Shown here piece after piece: positions 48,831 through 58,796 of a stretch of DNA of 64,000 nt. The stretch lies in assembly GCA_020696345.1 (NCBI GenBank), contig JAEHCK010000003.1:10270-74269 (forward strand), written 5' to 3'. The notes beneath the pieces are model-generated. The model was not told the DNA's origin. It did not search any database and was given only the letters and a program-made list of their open reading frames with translations. The stretch comes from Thermoplasmata archaeon (GTDB lineage Archaea; Thermoplasmatota; Penumbrarchaeia; JAEHCK01). How positions within the stretch are numbered: the first letter of the stretch is position 1; every line of letters starts with the position of its first letter. Both the position numbers and the translations under genes were made by a program.

Positions 48831-49610
48831 ATGGCTTCATTAGAAAATTTAGATGTAACTGACAGTATGAAAGATAATATCAAGATTTTTCAGAACATTA
48901 TCGACGACCTAAGTGTGGATTGGAACTCGCCAGGAAACATCTCCAACGATAAAAAAGAGCTGGTATTGAATACGTTGAATGATATGGATAAGAAGATCGA
49001 CGAGATCGAAGATTACTTTTGGCGGCCGCTGGATTCACCAGAGATCTACGAACAGCTGAAGAAAATGGCTGTGGCATTGGGTGAAGAAGGCAAGATAAAA
49101 AAATTCGATACAAAACTGAACAGGATAGCGGCGAATGACCTGGAATTCAAAGGCAGGGTCCAGAATTTCTATGGAAACAACACCGTGGCTCTGAAATATT
49201 ACGAGCAGGCCCTCGATCTGTCACCCGACCACGAGCTATCCGGTGCCGGGCGTGAGAAGGCGACTAAAAGTTTGGCAAGAGCCCGCGAAGATCTGCCCAA
49301 ACTGGAGAAAAAGCTCATTGATAAACCTGGTGATACCAAGGCATTGCTGAAATACGGCCAGGCATTATTGAACCTTGACCGCGCAAAAGAGGCAATTGAA
49401 ATGTTTGATAAATTGATCGAGCGCGAGCCCGATAATCCTGATGGTTGGGCACGGCGCGGAAACGCAATGTTAAGCCTGGGCCAATACGAGGAGTCCAAGA
49501 AGTACTTCAATAAAGCTCTTGAGATCAGGCCAACGGGCACCACTGCAAAACGCGGAAAGAATTACGCGCTCTATTTCCTCGGCGAGCTGGATGCTGGGCA
49601 GCTGGAGTAA
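48831..49610 (+). CDS. Tetratricopeptide repeat protein
   Basis: ALKYYEQALDLSP, AIEMFDKLIEREPDNPDGWARRG, YFNKALEIRP. Confidence 0.88.
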   Translation: MASLENLDVTDSMKDNIKIFQNIIDDLSVDWNSPGNISNDKKELVLNTLNDMDKKIDEIEDYFWRPLDSPEIYEQLKKMAVALGEEGKIKKFDTKLNRIAANDLEFKGRVQNFYGNNTVALKYYEQALDLSPDHELSGAGREKATKSLARAREDLPKLEKKLIDKPGDTKALLKYGQALLNLDRAKEAIEMFDKLIEREPDNPDGWARRGNAMLSLGQYEESKKYFNKALEIRPTGTTAKRGKNYALYFLGELDAGQLE

Positions 49611-49904
49611 TGGTCGTTTGGTCATGTCAGTTGTCAGTGGCCAGTGTGAATTTATTACACTGAAAACGGACAACTCAACAAAAATAAGTTTTATTAAAGA
49701 TTAATTTTAATTTTTGTCTGAACTTAGAATTCTTTAAAATCAATAATGTTCTAGCCAGAATTCTAACACCTGTAAACTGAAAACTAATTTTAACTCCCAC
49801 ACTCCAAAATCAGGGGTTTGGGGTCACAATTCGGGGGTCAGGCACCTTTAACTCACATACTCTTACACTCACACACTCCCAAACTTTTTCCTTGATAAAA
49901 ATGC

Positions 49905-50936
49905 TTATTTCTGCGGCTCAATGATCACCTTAATAGTATACTGCTTCCAGGGCTGGCTCACCATTTGAAAGCCTTTACCTATCTCGGCCAATGGAAACCG
50001 ATGCGATATCATATCTTTTACCTGCACGGCACCATCACGTATTAGTTCCAGTGCATTTTTACAATCGGCCGGGCCGCCGGCATATGAGCTGGTTAATGTA
50101 ACCTCACGGCGCCAGAATAGGTCGTTAATGGTCATTGGTATTGTCTGGCCTTCTCGTGCACCAGCGAAGAACAGCACGGTGCCACCGCTCTCCACGGATT
50201 CCAATGCGGGTTCAATAAACCCATCAAAACAAATTATCACAATATCAACCAGGTTACCGTCATTGAGTTTGCGCATCTGGTTTGGTAGATCCTCGGCATT
50301 TGATATTACGTGATCAGCCCCGAGCTTTTTTGCAACTTCCAACCGGTAATCGATGGTATCCATTGCAATGATTCGGCCAGCACCACGGCTTTTAGCCAAA
50401 TTTATATGCATCAACCCGGAAATGCCACTCCCGGCAACCAATACCGTCTGCCCGGCGGAAACTCCGGCTCTGTTCTGGCCGCGTAATACACAGGCCAACG
50501 GCTCGGTGAACGAGGCATTCTCGAATGACACACCATCAGGGATGGGGAATGTACCGCGGTCTACATTTATTGCAGGTACACGCACGTATTCCGCAAACCC
50601 GCCAGGATAGAAATGTGTATTCTTCTGCAAGGTTTCGCACACGGTCTCATGACCGGTCTCACAGTAATGGCAAGAAAAACACGGAACATGATGGGTCACT
50701 GCCACGCGGTCGCCAACTGCGAATTTTGTTACCTCACTGCCCGTTTTCTCGATCACCCCTGCCACTTCATGCCCCAGCACCAGCGGTACCTTATCTTTGC
50801 GGTACCATTCCATGACATCGCTGCCGCAGATACCGCTGGCCTCTACGCGTAGTAGAAACTCGTCCGCACCGATCTCCGGTACTGGCTGTTCCTCAATACG
50901 TACATCGGAATTGCTGTAATACATCGCGACTCGCAT
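49905..50936 (-). CDS. Zn-dependent medium-chain alcohol/polyol dehydrogenase
   Basis: GICGSD, LGHE, CFSCHYC...C structural Zn site, GSGISG; start at ATG 50936 after GGTGA. Confidence 0.92.
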   Translation of the reverse strand: MRVAMYYSNSDVRIEEQPVPEIGADEFLLRVEASGICGSDVMEWYRKDKVPLVLGHEVAGVIEKTGSEVTKFAVGDRVAVTHHVPCFSCHYCETGHETVCETLQKNTHFYPGGFAEYVRVPAINVDRGTFPIPDGVSFENASFTEPLACVLRGQNRAGVSAGQTVLVAGSGISGLMHINLAKSRGAGRIIAMDTIDYRLEVAKKLGADHVISNAEDLPNQMRKLNDGNLVDIVIICFDGFIEPALESVESGGTVLFFAGAREGQTIPMTINDLFWRREVTLTSSYAGGPADCKNALELIRDGAVQVKDMISHRFPLAEIGKGFQMVSQPWKQYTIKVIIEPQK

Positions 50937-50977
50937 AGTTTTCACCATTTTGAGAATAAAGAATTGTTTATGATTTT

Positions 50978-51118
50978 AAATCCCAAATCCAAATACTACA
51001 AAATCCCAAGAAAATCCTAATCCCAAAAATTAAAATTGGAATTTAGAATTTAAATTTTTTTTTGGAATTTGGTGTTTGGAACTTATTTGGAATTTAGAAC
51101 TTGGTTCTTGTGATTTAA
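50978..51118. repeat. Heptamer-period imperfect palindrome (AAATCCC.../TTTGGAA...)
   Basis: C/A-rich left arm and complementary G/T-rich right arm with ~7-nt periodicity. Confidence 0.75.
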
Positions 51119-51133
51119 ATCTTTGATATAGAA

Positions 51134-51925
51134 TCATTTCGTTTGCTTTTTCAGCTCATTAAACTTATCAAAAGCCTCTTGTGGTGTATGATTTTCATGG
51201 ACCACGGCACGCACGGCCTGGATCATAGCTACAGGGTCCTCCGATTGGAAAATGTTTCGACCCATATCCACACCTATTGCACCTGCGGAAAGTGCATCAT
51301 GCGCCATCTTCAATGCATCCAGCTCAGGTTGTTTTTTCCCGCCTGCGATGACCACAGGTACCGGGCAGGTCTCGATGACCTGTTCGAAATTTTCCACAAA
51401 GTAAGTTTTTACAATATTTGCTCCTAGCTCTGCCGCGATCCGTGATGCCAGGCTCATATACCGCGCATCGCGTGCCATCTCCTTACCAACTGCGGTCACT
51501 GCTATCGTTGGCACGCCGTACCTATTTGAATCATCGATCAATTTTGAAAAATGTAAAAGTGTATCTCGCTCGAAATCCGCGCCAACCATGATGGAAAATG
51601 CCACACCTGCTGCATTCAATCTTATGGCTTCTTCCATGTTGGCAATCATACCCTCACGCAACAGTTCTTTGCTGAGTATACTGGTTCCACCGGAGACCCG
51701 CAGCACAATAGGTATATCAACATCAGGTGAGATATAGTTCCTAAGTCCACCGCGGGTAAGCATCAAGGTATCTGCATACGGTAACAAAGGATTTACCATC
51801 TTGCCAAGATCTTCCAGCCCGGTTGTCGGTCCCATAAAATAACCATGGTCGACTGCTAACATTACGGTTCTGCCATCTTTCGGTTTTATAATCTTAGATA
51901 ATCTATTTTGCATGCCCCAGTCCAT
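51134..51925 (-). CDS. lsrF: LsrF-like 3-hydroxy-5-phosphonooxypentane-2,4-dione thiolase (class I aldolase/DhnA family)
   Basis: MDWGMQNRL..I, MLAVDHGYFMGPTTGLE, IVKTY, CPVPVVIAGGKK, GVDMGRNIFQS. Confidence 0.85.
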   Translation of the reverse strand: MDWGMQNRLSKIIKPKDGRTVMLAVDHGYFMGPTTGLEDLGKMVNPLLPYADTLMLTRGGLRNYISPDVDIPIVLRVSGGTSILSKELLREGMIANMEEAIRLNAAGVAFSIMVGADFERDTLLHFSKLIDDSNRYGVPTIAVTAVGKEMARDARYMSLASRIAAELGANIVKTYFVENFEQVIETCPVPVVIAGGKKQPELDALKMAHDALSAGAIGVDMGRNIFQSEDPVAMIQAVRAVVHENHTPQEAFDKFNELKKQTK

Positions 51926-52020
51926 AACAGGATCCCCCCTAGGTAGGGTTTAAATTATTAATTATATGTTATCACTGAATTTTAGCACAACTATATATTG
52001 TTTTCGTATTGTATTATAAA

Positions 52021-52162
52021 TAACCAATAACCAACCAACAATAACCAAATAATTTTCAATAACCAATCACAAAATCACCAAACACGGATCAATTTACGTT
52101 TGGATAATTGAGTTTTGGAACTTGGAGCTTATTTGGTTATTGGAACTTGGTGATTGGTTATT
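52021..52162. repeat. Heptamer-period imperfect palindrome (TAACCAA.../TTGGTTA...)
   Basis: Left arm of aataacc/aatcacc units with complementary right arm; right arm matches the 31599-31646 element. Confidence 0.8.
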
Positions 52163-52165
52163 GCC

Positions 52166-53494
52166 CTACGCTGGGATCAGCCAGTATGCTTTAATGAACT
52201 CATCCCATTGTGTGTCCTTGGCAAAATCTATGGTATCATAAATATCATTATATTCGGAAATGCGCTGGGGCATATATATTGCCAACCCGTGGGCGTTTGG
52301 GTGATCACCTTGTGTGGGGTCAGAACCGTGACACTCGATTATTACCGCATTGTCTACTGCGCGCTTCACCGCCGCTGCTGAACTTCGAACATCATTCAAT
52401 GCTATTATATTTGAAACTTTATCTGCAAAATCCCAAAGATCTATGTTTGAAAAGAATGAAATACCTATAAAATCAAACTCGCCGCTGAATTGTTCGGTAA
52501 CCTGTAGTGCGGAGGTGACACGCTCTCGGCGTACAGGAAATATAGATTTCAATGCAGTTGCGAACCTATCCACTTCGATCACAACATTTCTGACCTGTGA
52601 AGTATCGATCACACTTAATGTATCGCTGGCCTCCTGTTTTGGAATAGTTGGTGGTGCACGCCATGGGCCGTATGGATGAAAATTCTCCACGATGACCTCA
52701 CAAAACTGTTTTGGCGTCATGTCCGGCTTTTCGATCAACTCGCCCCACATAAGGTCGTATTGCCAGTTGCCAACCACAAATCCTCCTTCCGTGGTGTTCT
52801 CAGCACCGAACGAGAACGCTTCCGAGCCGATAAAATAGTCGATATATTCTCGCAGTGGATACACGAACTCGATCATACCAACCAAGCATGCTTCCGTGGC
52901 TAGAATATCTATTTTACGGCCAAAATGTTTGTTCAGTTCGGCCATGGACATTTTTAGATCTTCCAGATCCAGTTTATCACCATCCGATGTATCGTCCCAG
53001 CAGATGCCTCGCCAACCACCACCGTGATTGCTTAATAAGATCAATTGGTGTTCGGCGGGGTATTGGGTAAATGTCCATTTAGCCATATTTGTTAAGATCT
53101 CCGGGTCACCCGTGTTCACCTCAGAGGCCCAACTCGAATTTACATCTGATAAGGGTATCTCATCCGATCCACCTTTTCTGATATATAGAACCTTAGAATC
53201 ATCAGCACCGTTCCGGTCCAATAAACAAACCATGTGTACCTGCTCGGTAGACCCCACGCGCTGCAAGAACTCAAGATTGGTCAACATTTCATTATAATCT
53301 GCTAAGTTATTATCACCGGCAAAATAAAATAAACAGCTCCAAGCGGCAATCGGTCTATCACCAGTCCCGGGTTCGTTATGAGAATAAGATAAATTCTGTG
53401 ACCACCCCAGGGCAAATAGTGCAAAAAGTATGATACTTATAATAATAAATGTTTTAAGTTTATTTGAATGCTTTTTAAAACCTGTAAATTGCAT
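52166..53494 (-). CDS. Clostripain-related cysteine peptidase (family C11), secreted or membrane-anchored
   Basis: N-terminal TM, YFAGDNNL, EVNTGDP, YPAEH, NHGGGW (His), EACLV (Cys), GSE, GLAIY. Confidence 0.88.
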   Translation of the reverse strand: MQFTGFKKHSNKLKTFIIISIILFALFALGWSQNLSYSHNEPGTGDRPIAAWSCLFYFAGDNNLADYNEMLTNLEFLQRVGSTEQVHMVCLLDRNGADDSKVLYIRKGGSDEIPLSDVNSSWASEVNTGDPEILTNMAKWTFTQYPAEHQLILLSNHGGGWRGICWDDTSDGDKLDLEDLKMSMAELNKHFGRKIDILATEACLVGMIEFVYPLREYIDYFIGSEAFSFGAENTTEGGFVVGNWQYDLMWGELIEKPDMTPKQFCEVIVENFHPYGPWRAPPTIPKQEASDTLSVIDTSQVRNVVIEVDRFATALKSIFPVRRERVTSALQVTEQFSGEFDFIGISFFSNIDLWDFADKVSNIIALNDVRSSAAAVKRAVDNAVIIECHGSDPTQGDHPNAHGLAIYMPQRISEYNDIYDTIDFAKDTQWDEFIKAYWLIPA

Positions 53495-53756
53495 ATTACT
53501 TAATCTTTTTCAATTTTATTTAATGATTTTGGTATAATTGTATTATATTAACTGTTGAATATAAATTGTAGGTGGATAGTTATTGTGATGGATTTGAGTT
53601 GATAGATTATCATCCTCAGCAATAATTATTCTTTTATCTAAAACTATTTATACCACGATGACTTTCCAAACTTTGATACAAAATATTTAACATAATCTAT
53701 TTGTATGAAAACTACCTATGGGATTACCAATGGTATGACCAGTGGAGGAATACAAT

Positions 53757-54887
53757 ATGAAATCGATCGTAAGAGAGGTTCTTTCACGGGAAAGTGGCAC
53801 AGATGCCTCCGGAATTAGAGGAATTGAAGATCCAAGAAATGTAAAATTAAAAAGTGCGAATCAAGAGGATGAGGAATTAAAGCGCGTATTAGCTGGGCTG
53901 AAAACCAACATTAAGATTTGTGGCTGCGGTGGTGCAGGATGTAATACCATAAATCGTATTGTTGAAGAAGGCATAGCTGGTGCAGATATGTATGCATTAA
54001 ATAGTGATGCACAGCATTTATTGTCAATTCATTCACCTCATAAGATCCTACTTGGCCGCCGAGCCACTCGTGGACTTGGTGCGGGTTCGATACCGCAGGT
54101 CGGTGAGGAAGCCGCAATTGAAGCCGAGGAAGAGATTAGAGCTGCACTGCAAGGAGCAGACATTGTTTTTGTTACATGTGGATTAGGTGGAGGTACAGGT
54201 ACCGGCAGTGGACCCGTGATCGCCAGGATCGCCCGTGAAATGGGTGCTCTATCAATTGCAATTGTAACAAAGCCATTCGAAGCAGAGGGTATTGTACGGA
54301 TGCAGAATGCCGAGTATGGATTGGACAGATTAATCGATGTTGTAGATACAGTGATCGTTGTCCCGAACGATAAATTATTAGAGATCGTACCGAGACTTGC
54401 ACTCAACGCTGCATTTAAGGTCGCTGATGAAATACTAATGAGGTCGATTAAAGGTATAATTGAAATTATTACAAAAGTAGGATTAGTTAATTTGGATTTT
54501 GCCGATTTGAAGACCATCATGAAAGGCGGTGGTGTAGCTATGATCGGGCTTGGTGAAGCTGATGCAGAGGACCGGGCAATCGAAGCTGTTAACGAGGCTT
54601 TGAACTCGCCATTATTAGAAGTAGATGTAAGCGAGGCGACTGGTGCACTGGTCAATGTAAGCGGTGGCGAGGATATGACGGTCACGGAGGCCGAGAAGGT
54701 CGCATCCGAGATACACAGCAGGATCAACCCACAGGCAAAGATCATCTGGGGTGCCCAAATCGACCCGTCGCTCGAGCATACTATTCGTGTCATGTTGGTC
54801 GTTACAGGCGTAAAATCGAAACAGATATTTGGTCCCTCGGAAGGACGTAGAGTGGAAAGCAGTTTTGGCATAGATTTTATCCGATAG
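53757..54887 (+). CDS. ftsZ: Cell division protein FtsZ (FtsZ1)
   Basis: GGAGCN, GLGGGTGTG, LVNLDFAD; start ATG 53757 after GGAGG. Confidence 0.97.
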   Translation: MKSIVREVLSRESGTDASGIRGIEDPRNVKLKSANQEDEELKRVLAGLKTNIKICGCGGAGCNTINRIVEEGIAGADMYALNSDAQHLLSIHSPHKILLGRRATRGLGAGSIPQVGEEAAIEAEEEIRAALQGADIVFVTCGLGGGTGTGSGPVIARIAREMGALSIAIVTKPFEAEGIVRMQNAEYGLDRLIDVVDTVIVVPNDKLLEIVPRLALNAAFKVADEILMRSIKGIIEIITKVGLVNLDFADLKTIMKGGGVAMIGLGEADAEDRAIEAVNEALNSPLLEVDVSEATGALVNVSGGEDMTVTEAEKVASEIHSRINPQAKIIWGAQIDPSLEHTIRVMLVVTGVKSKQIFGPSEGRRVESSFGIDFIR

Positions 54888-55073
54888 ATCAAAGAGCCTT
54901 TAACACTCTTACCCAAAAAATAAATAATAAAATTCATAACCTCTATAATTTATATTATATTAATATTGCTAAATAACGCATTGGAGATAAAAATAAATAG
55001 TATAAAGAATAATCATGGAAACCTTCTAACGAACTGATCAGAGAGTAAAATTTGAGATTACAGGTGATATTAA

Positions 55074-55313
55074 GTGGATGTTGTAAAAGGTTCATGGTCG
55101 ATTCAACATAAGGTCGAAGAAAAAGTTAGACGGATAGGTAAAGGTAAATACGGCCGTGTACTTAAAATGGCACGTAAACCAGATAGTGAAGAGTTTATGA
55201 AGATAGTTCAGGTTACGGGTATTGGAATGATATTGATCGGGGCATTAGGGTTTCTTATATATTTACTCTGGAATTATCTGCCACCAATATTATATGACTT
55301 CCTGTTTAAATAA
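55074..55313 (+). CDS. secE: Protein translocase SecE / Sec61-gamma
   Basis: YGRVLKMARKP..EEF, GIGMILIGALGFLIY; conserved position between ftsZ and spt5. Confidence 0.93.
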   Translation: MDVVKGSWSIQHKVEEKVRRIGKGKYGRVLKMARKPDSEEFMKIVQVTGIGMILIGALGFLIYLLWNYLPPILYDFLFK

Positions 55314-55496
55314 TGATATCATATTGTCTCTTTTTATAACTTTATGAAAAAATAATCGGTTTTATATTGCTTATCAACATAAAATGTTATAAAGTATGAT
55401 TGAATTATGGTTTTTACAAAACCAAAATAAATTCCCTACCAGTTTGTTTTGGGGGTTTATTTAGGTATTGATCAAATCTGCCTATTAGGTGACAAT

Positions 55497-56264
55497 ATGG
55501 CTGAATCGGACGATTCAAATAACCAAAAAAGAATATCTAAACATGAGAATGAGGAATCACCAGTTGACACCTCGACAACCACAACCCAAGAAGGAGATCA
55601 AAAAATGGAACAAGGGCCAGAAACTGACACAAAAGTTGAAACTGATCAAACAGTTGAAAAAACCACCGAGCCCGCAATAGATGCTGGTGCTTCTGGTACT
55701 TCCGATAGTAGCTTTTTGGAATTGGACCCGGAAACCGAACGACGTATGAAAAAGATTGCAGAACAAGATGCACGTGAAGCTGAGGCCGAAGAAGAGTTGA
55801 AATCTAAAGAAGTTGGAATATTTGCAGTTAAAACATCAATAGGTCATGAAAAGATGGTGGCTAATTGGCTGCAAATGCGGGCTCATAAACGTAAATTAGA
55901 GATATATGCCATACTTTCCCCTCCAAAGTTACGTGGATATTTATTATTGGAGGGTGTGGATAATAGAGAGGCACTGCAGGATCTCATTAAGGGTGTACAA
56001 CATGCAAGAAGTGTGGTTGATGGAGTATCCTCAATAGAAGAGATCGAACATTTCTTAACACCAAAGCCGTTAGTCTCTGGAATAGAAGAGGGCGATGTAG
56101 TCGAGATCATTGCCGGACCATTCAAGGGTGAAAAAGCCAAAGTTACCCAGATCGATGAGGGCAAAGAAGAAATCACGGTTGAACTGTTCGAAGCTATGGT
56201 ATCAATTCCAGTAACTATCCGTGGTGATCATGTGCGGATTCTAGAAAAGGAGCGCAGATCGTAA
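55497..56264 (+). CDS. spt5: Transcription elongation factor Spt5 with acidic N-terminal extension
   Basis: IFAVKTSIGHE (NGN), LRGYLLLE, GDVVEIIAGPFKGEKAKV (KOW); ATG 55497 after AGGTGA. Confidence 0.95.
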   Translation: MAESDDSNNQKRISKHENEESPVDTSTTTTQEGDQKMEQGPETDTKVETDQTVEKTTEPAIDAGASGTSDSSFLELDPETERRMKKIAEQDAREAEAEEELKSKEVGIFAVKTSIGHEKMVANWLQMRAHKRKLEIYAILSPPKLRGYLLLEGVDNREALQDLIKGVQHARSVVDGVSSIEEIEHFLTPKPLVSGIEEGDVVEIIAGPFKGEKAKVTQIDEGKEEITVELFEAMVSIPVTIRGDHVRILEKERRS

Positions 56265-56292
56265 ATAGAGTAATAATAATGGAGGTAACAAC

Positions 56293-56760
56293 TTGGTTGA
56301 AACAATTGAAGCATTGGTTGATGGTGGCATGGCTACTGGCGGACCGCCGTTGGGGCCCGCACTAGGTCCTATGGGCATTAATATCAAGGACGTTATCGAT
56401 AAGATCAACGAACAGACTAAAGTATTTGAAGGTATGAAAGTTCCGGTAAAAGTGCATATAAATACAACCGACAAGACATTCGACATCGAGGTGGGCACTC
56501 CACCTACATCTTCATTGATCAAAAAAGAATTAAATATTGAAAAGGGATCATCATCTTCAAAAACAGAAAAGGTTGGCGATCTTACCATGGATCAGGTCAA
56601 ACGAATTGTGGAGATGAAGGGCGATAATATACTCGGCAATACGATTGAAAATGCAGTGAAAGAGATATTAGGTACCTGCGTTTCTATGGGCGTTACCGTT
56701 GAGGGTGAAAATCCACAAGATCTTCAAAGAATGATCGATGAAGGTAAAATTAATTTATAA
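56293..56760 (+). CDS. rpl11: 50S ribosomal protein L11 (uL11)
   Basis: GGMATGGPPLGPALGPMG, GTPPTSSLIKKE, GTCVSMGVTVEG; TTG start with GGAGGT SD. Confidence 0.97.
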   Translation: MVETIEALVDGGMATGGPPLGPALGPMGINIKDVIDKINEQTKVFEGMKVPVKVHINTTDKTFDIEVGTPPTSSLIKKELNIEKGSSSSKTEKVGDLTMDQVKRIVEMKGDNILGNTIENAVKEILGTCVSMGVTVEGENPQDLQRMIDEGKINL

Positions 56761-56924
56761 AAATGATCTTTTTACAATAATTCAACTCACATATTAAAAT
56801 ACAGCATTTGAGCGTTGGGTCTTAATTATTTTGTTTTCAATTCAAAGGATTATCCCAAAATCTTTATATAAATGGATTGCGATGTTATAAGAGAAGAGAA
56901 TATAGAGAGGTAATGGTGAAAAAT

Positions 56925-57386
56925 ATGACAAATAAGAAAGTAAAAAAGAAAAAAGCCGTTGTTAAACCCTCATCCAAGGGGAAAAAAGAGCTGCGTGTAT
57001 CTGATTTAGAGATAACAGATGAATTTAAAACAATTTCAAGTGGAGAAGATGGTCGAGCCGCTGCTGAGATGTTAATGAAGATCCCTCATGGGATAGTCTT
57101 AGTGGTTGGAACCGAGAATAAACCGGAAGGTGTAATTACAGCCAGAGAATTTCTTACTAAGATAATCGATGGTGTGAATCCGGTCGATCTAAATGTTGGA
57201 GCGATTATGAACAAGGATATAATGGAAATTAAATATAATGCTCTATTAGATCTCATAGTTCCGAAAGTGACAGAAAAAGACCCTTATGCCGTGATCGTTA
57301 CAGATAATAGTGGGTCGTTCAAAGGTTACTTTTCACCCAAGGACTACCAAGAAGCACTGACACGGATCAATTACTTAACAAAATAA
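56925..57386 (+). CDS. CBS domain protein
   Basis: LRVSDL, VLVVG...PEGVITARE, VGAIMNKDI, VIVTD..G.FKGY; start uncertain (56913 or 56925). Confidence 0.75.
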   Translation: MTNKKVKKKKAVVKPSSKGKKELRVSDLEITDEFKTISSGEDGRAAAEMLMKIPHGIVLVVGTENKPEGVITAREFLTKIIDGVNPVDLNVGAIMNKDIMEIKYNALLDLIVPKVTEKDPYAVIVTDNSGSFKGYFSPKDYQEALTRINYLTK

Positions 57387-57458
57387 TTTTGTAACCAACA
57401 ATAACTAATATCATTATTCTGATATTTTTTCCTAAATCGAGAGTGTAAAACTTATTAC

Positions 57459-58655
57459 TTAAGCAAACATCGCACCCGTTTCTTTAATGTGGCTTATGTT
57501 TTCACTTTTTTTCACTTTCACGATAGCTTGGTCGAAATTATTTTTTGATACTGAGAATTGATTTTCACGGATCGCAAACATACCTGCTTCGGTACAAATT
57601 GCTTTTAGATCTGCACCAGATAGGCCTTCGGTCTTTTGTGCGAGTTCTTCGATCTCCACATCCTTGAGAAGGTTCATACGGCGTAAATGTATATTTAAAA
57701 TTTCAAGTCGACCTTCATATGATGGCAGCGGCACTTCAATGATCCTGTCAAATCGACCGGGACGCAATAGTGCCTTATCGAGTATATCTGGTCTATTAGA
57801 AGCGCCAATTATACGGACATCTTTCAACACATCAAATCCATCAAGCTCTGCCAATAGCTGCATCAATGTTCGTTGGACCTCACGATCTGCCGAGGTACCC
57901 GAGTCTAGACGTTTTGCACCAATTGCATCTAACTCATCAATGAAGATAATGCTTGGTGCTTTATCCTTTGCCAGTGCGAATAATTCACGTACGAGTCTTC
58001 CACCTTCACCAATGTATTTCTGAACCAATTCTGAACCTACTAGTCGAATGAACACCGCTTTTGTCTCGTGTGCAACTGCCTGGGCCAGGAGCGTTTTGCC
58101 CGTACCTGGTAGACCTATCAATAATACGCCAGTAGGTGGATCAATACCCACTTTTCGAAATAGCTCGGGTTTGGTTAATGGTAATTCTACTGCCTCTTTT
58201 ATCTCGTTGATCTGGATTTCCAACCCACCAATGTCCTTATAAGTGATCTGTGGTTTTTCTATTATTTCTGCTTCACTTATGATCGGGTCCTTTGATGGAC
58301 CTAAAATACCAATTACTGATAATGAATCACGATTTAACGAAACACGTGTCCCGATCAAGATTTTGGACCTATCTACAAAATTTGCAACTTGTACAACAAA
58401 ATTTGGACCGGTGGTACTTTTTACCACAACACGGTCATCACTCATGATGTCTATGACCTCGCCAATAATCAGAGGTGGTGATTTCAATTTCTTTAATTCT
58501 GAATAAAGCTGCTGGACCTCTTTTTGTAATTTGATCAGTTCATTCTCCATATATCTTCGTTCACTCTCTGCCCTAATTGCTATTTCTTTCCATGGATTGT
58601 AAGGTGTTTTTGTTTTTGCATCTTTTTTTTCAGCATTATCAGTGTTCTTTGACAT
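57459..58655 (-). CDS. pan: Proteasome-activating nucleotidase (PAN)
   Basis: N-terminal coiled coil, PP hinge, GLPGTGKT, VQKYIGEG, FIDELDAIG, LLRPGRFDR, C-terminal MFA. Confidence 0.96.
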   Translation of the reverse strand: MSKNTDNAEKKDAKTKTPYNPWKEIAIRAESERRYMENELIKLQKEVQQLYSELKKLKSPPLIIGEVIDIMSDDRVVVKSTTGPNFVVQVANFVDRSKILIGTRVSLNRDSLSVIGILGPSKDPIISEAEIIEKPQITYKDIGGLEIQINEIKEAVELPLTKPELFRKVGIDPPTGVLLIGLPGTGKTLLAQAVAHETKAVFIRLVGSELVQKYIGEGGRLVRELFALAKDKAPSIIFIDELDAIGAKRLDSGTSADREVQRTLMQLLAELDGFDVLKDVRIIGASNRPDILDKALLRPGRFDRIIEVPLPSYEGRLEILNIHLRRMNLLKDVEIEELAQKTEGLSGADLKAICTEAGMFAIRENQFSVSKNNFDQAIVKVKKSENISHIKETGAMFA

Positions 58656-58787
58656 TCGAATTCCAACTGGTTCTAGATATAATTATCTTTACCTAAACAG
58701 TACGTTATACTTATCTCGTGATTCATATTTAGAGTTTACTGTAACCATATCAATTGATGTTTAAACAAAAATTTCAAATACTTTGAG

Positions 58788-58796
58788 TATATATAT
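58788..58796 (+). promoter_or_regulatory. Candidate TATA box of the 23S rRNA transcript
   Basis: TATATATAT upstream of a hairpin-rich leader preceding the 23S processing stem; not verified. Confidence 0.4.

Noticed and set aside
54038..54937. 299-aa ORF antisense to ftsZ (and similar antisense ORFs such as 24292-24948, 29952-30512, 42541-43023)
   Set aside because: Shadow frames of well-supported genes, with the Ser/Ile/Pro-rich composition typical of antisense translation.
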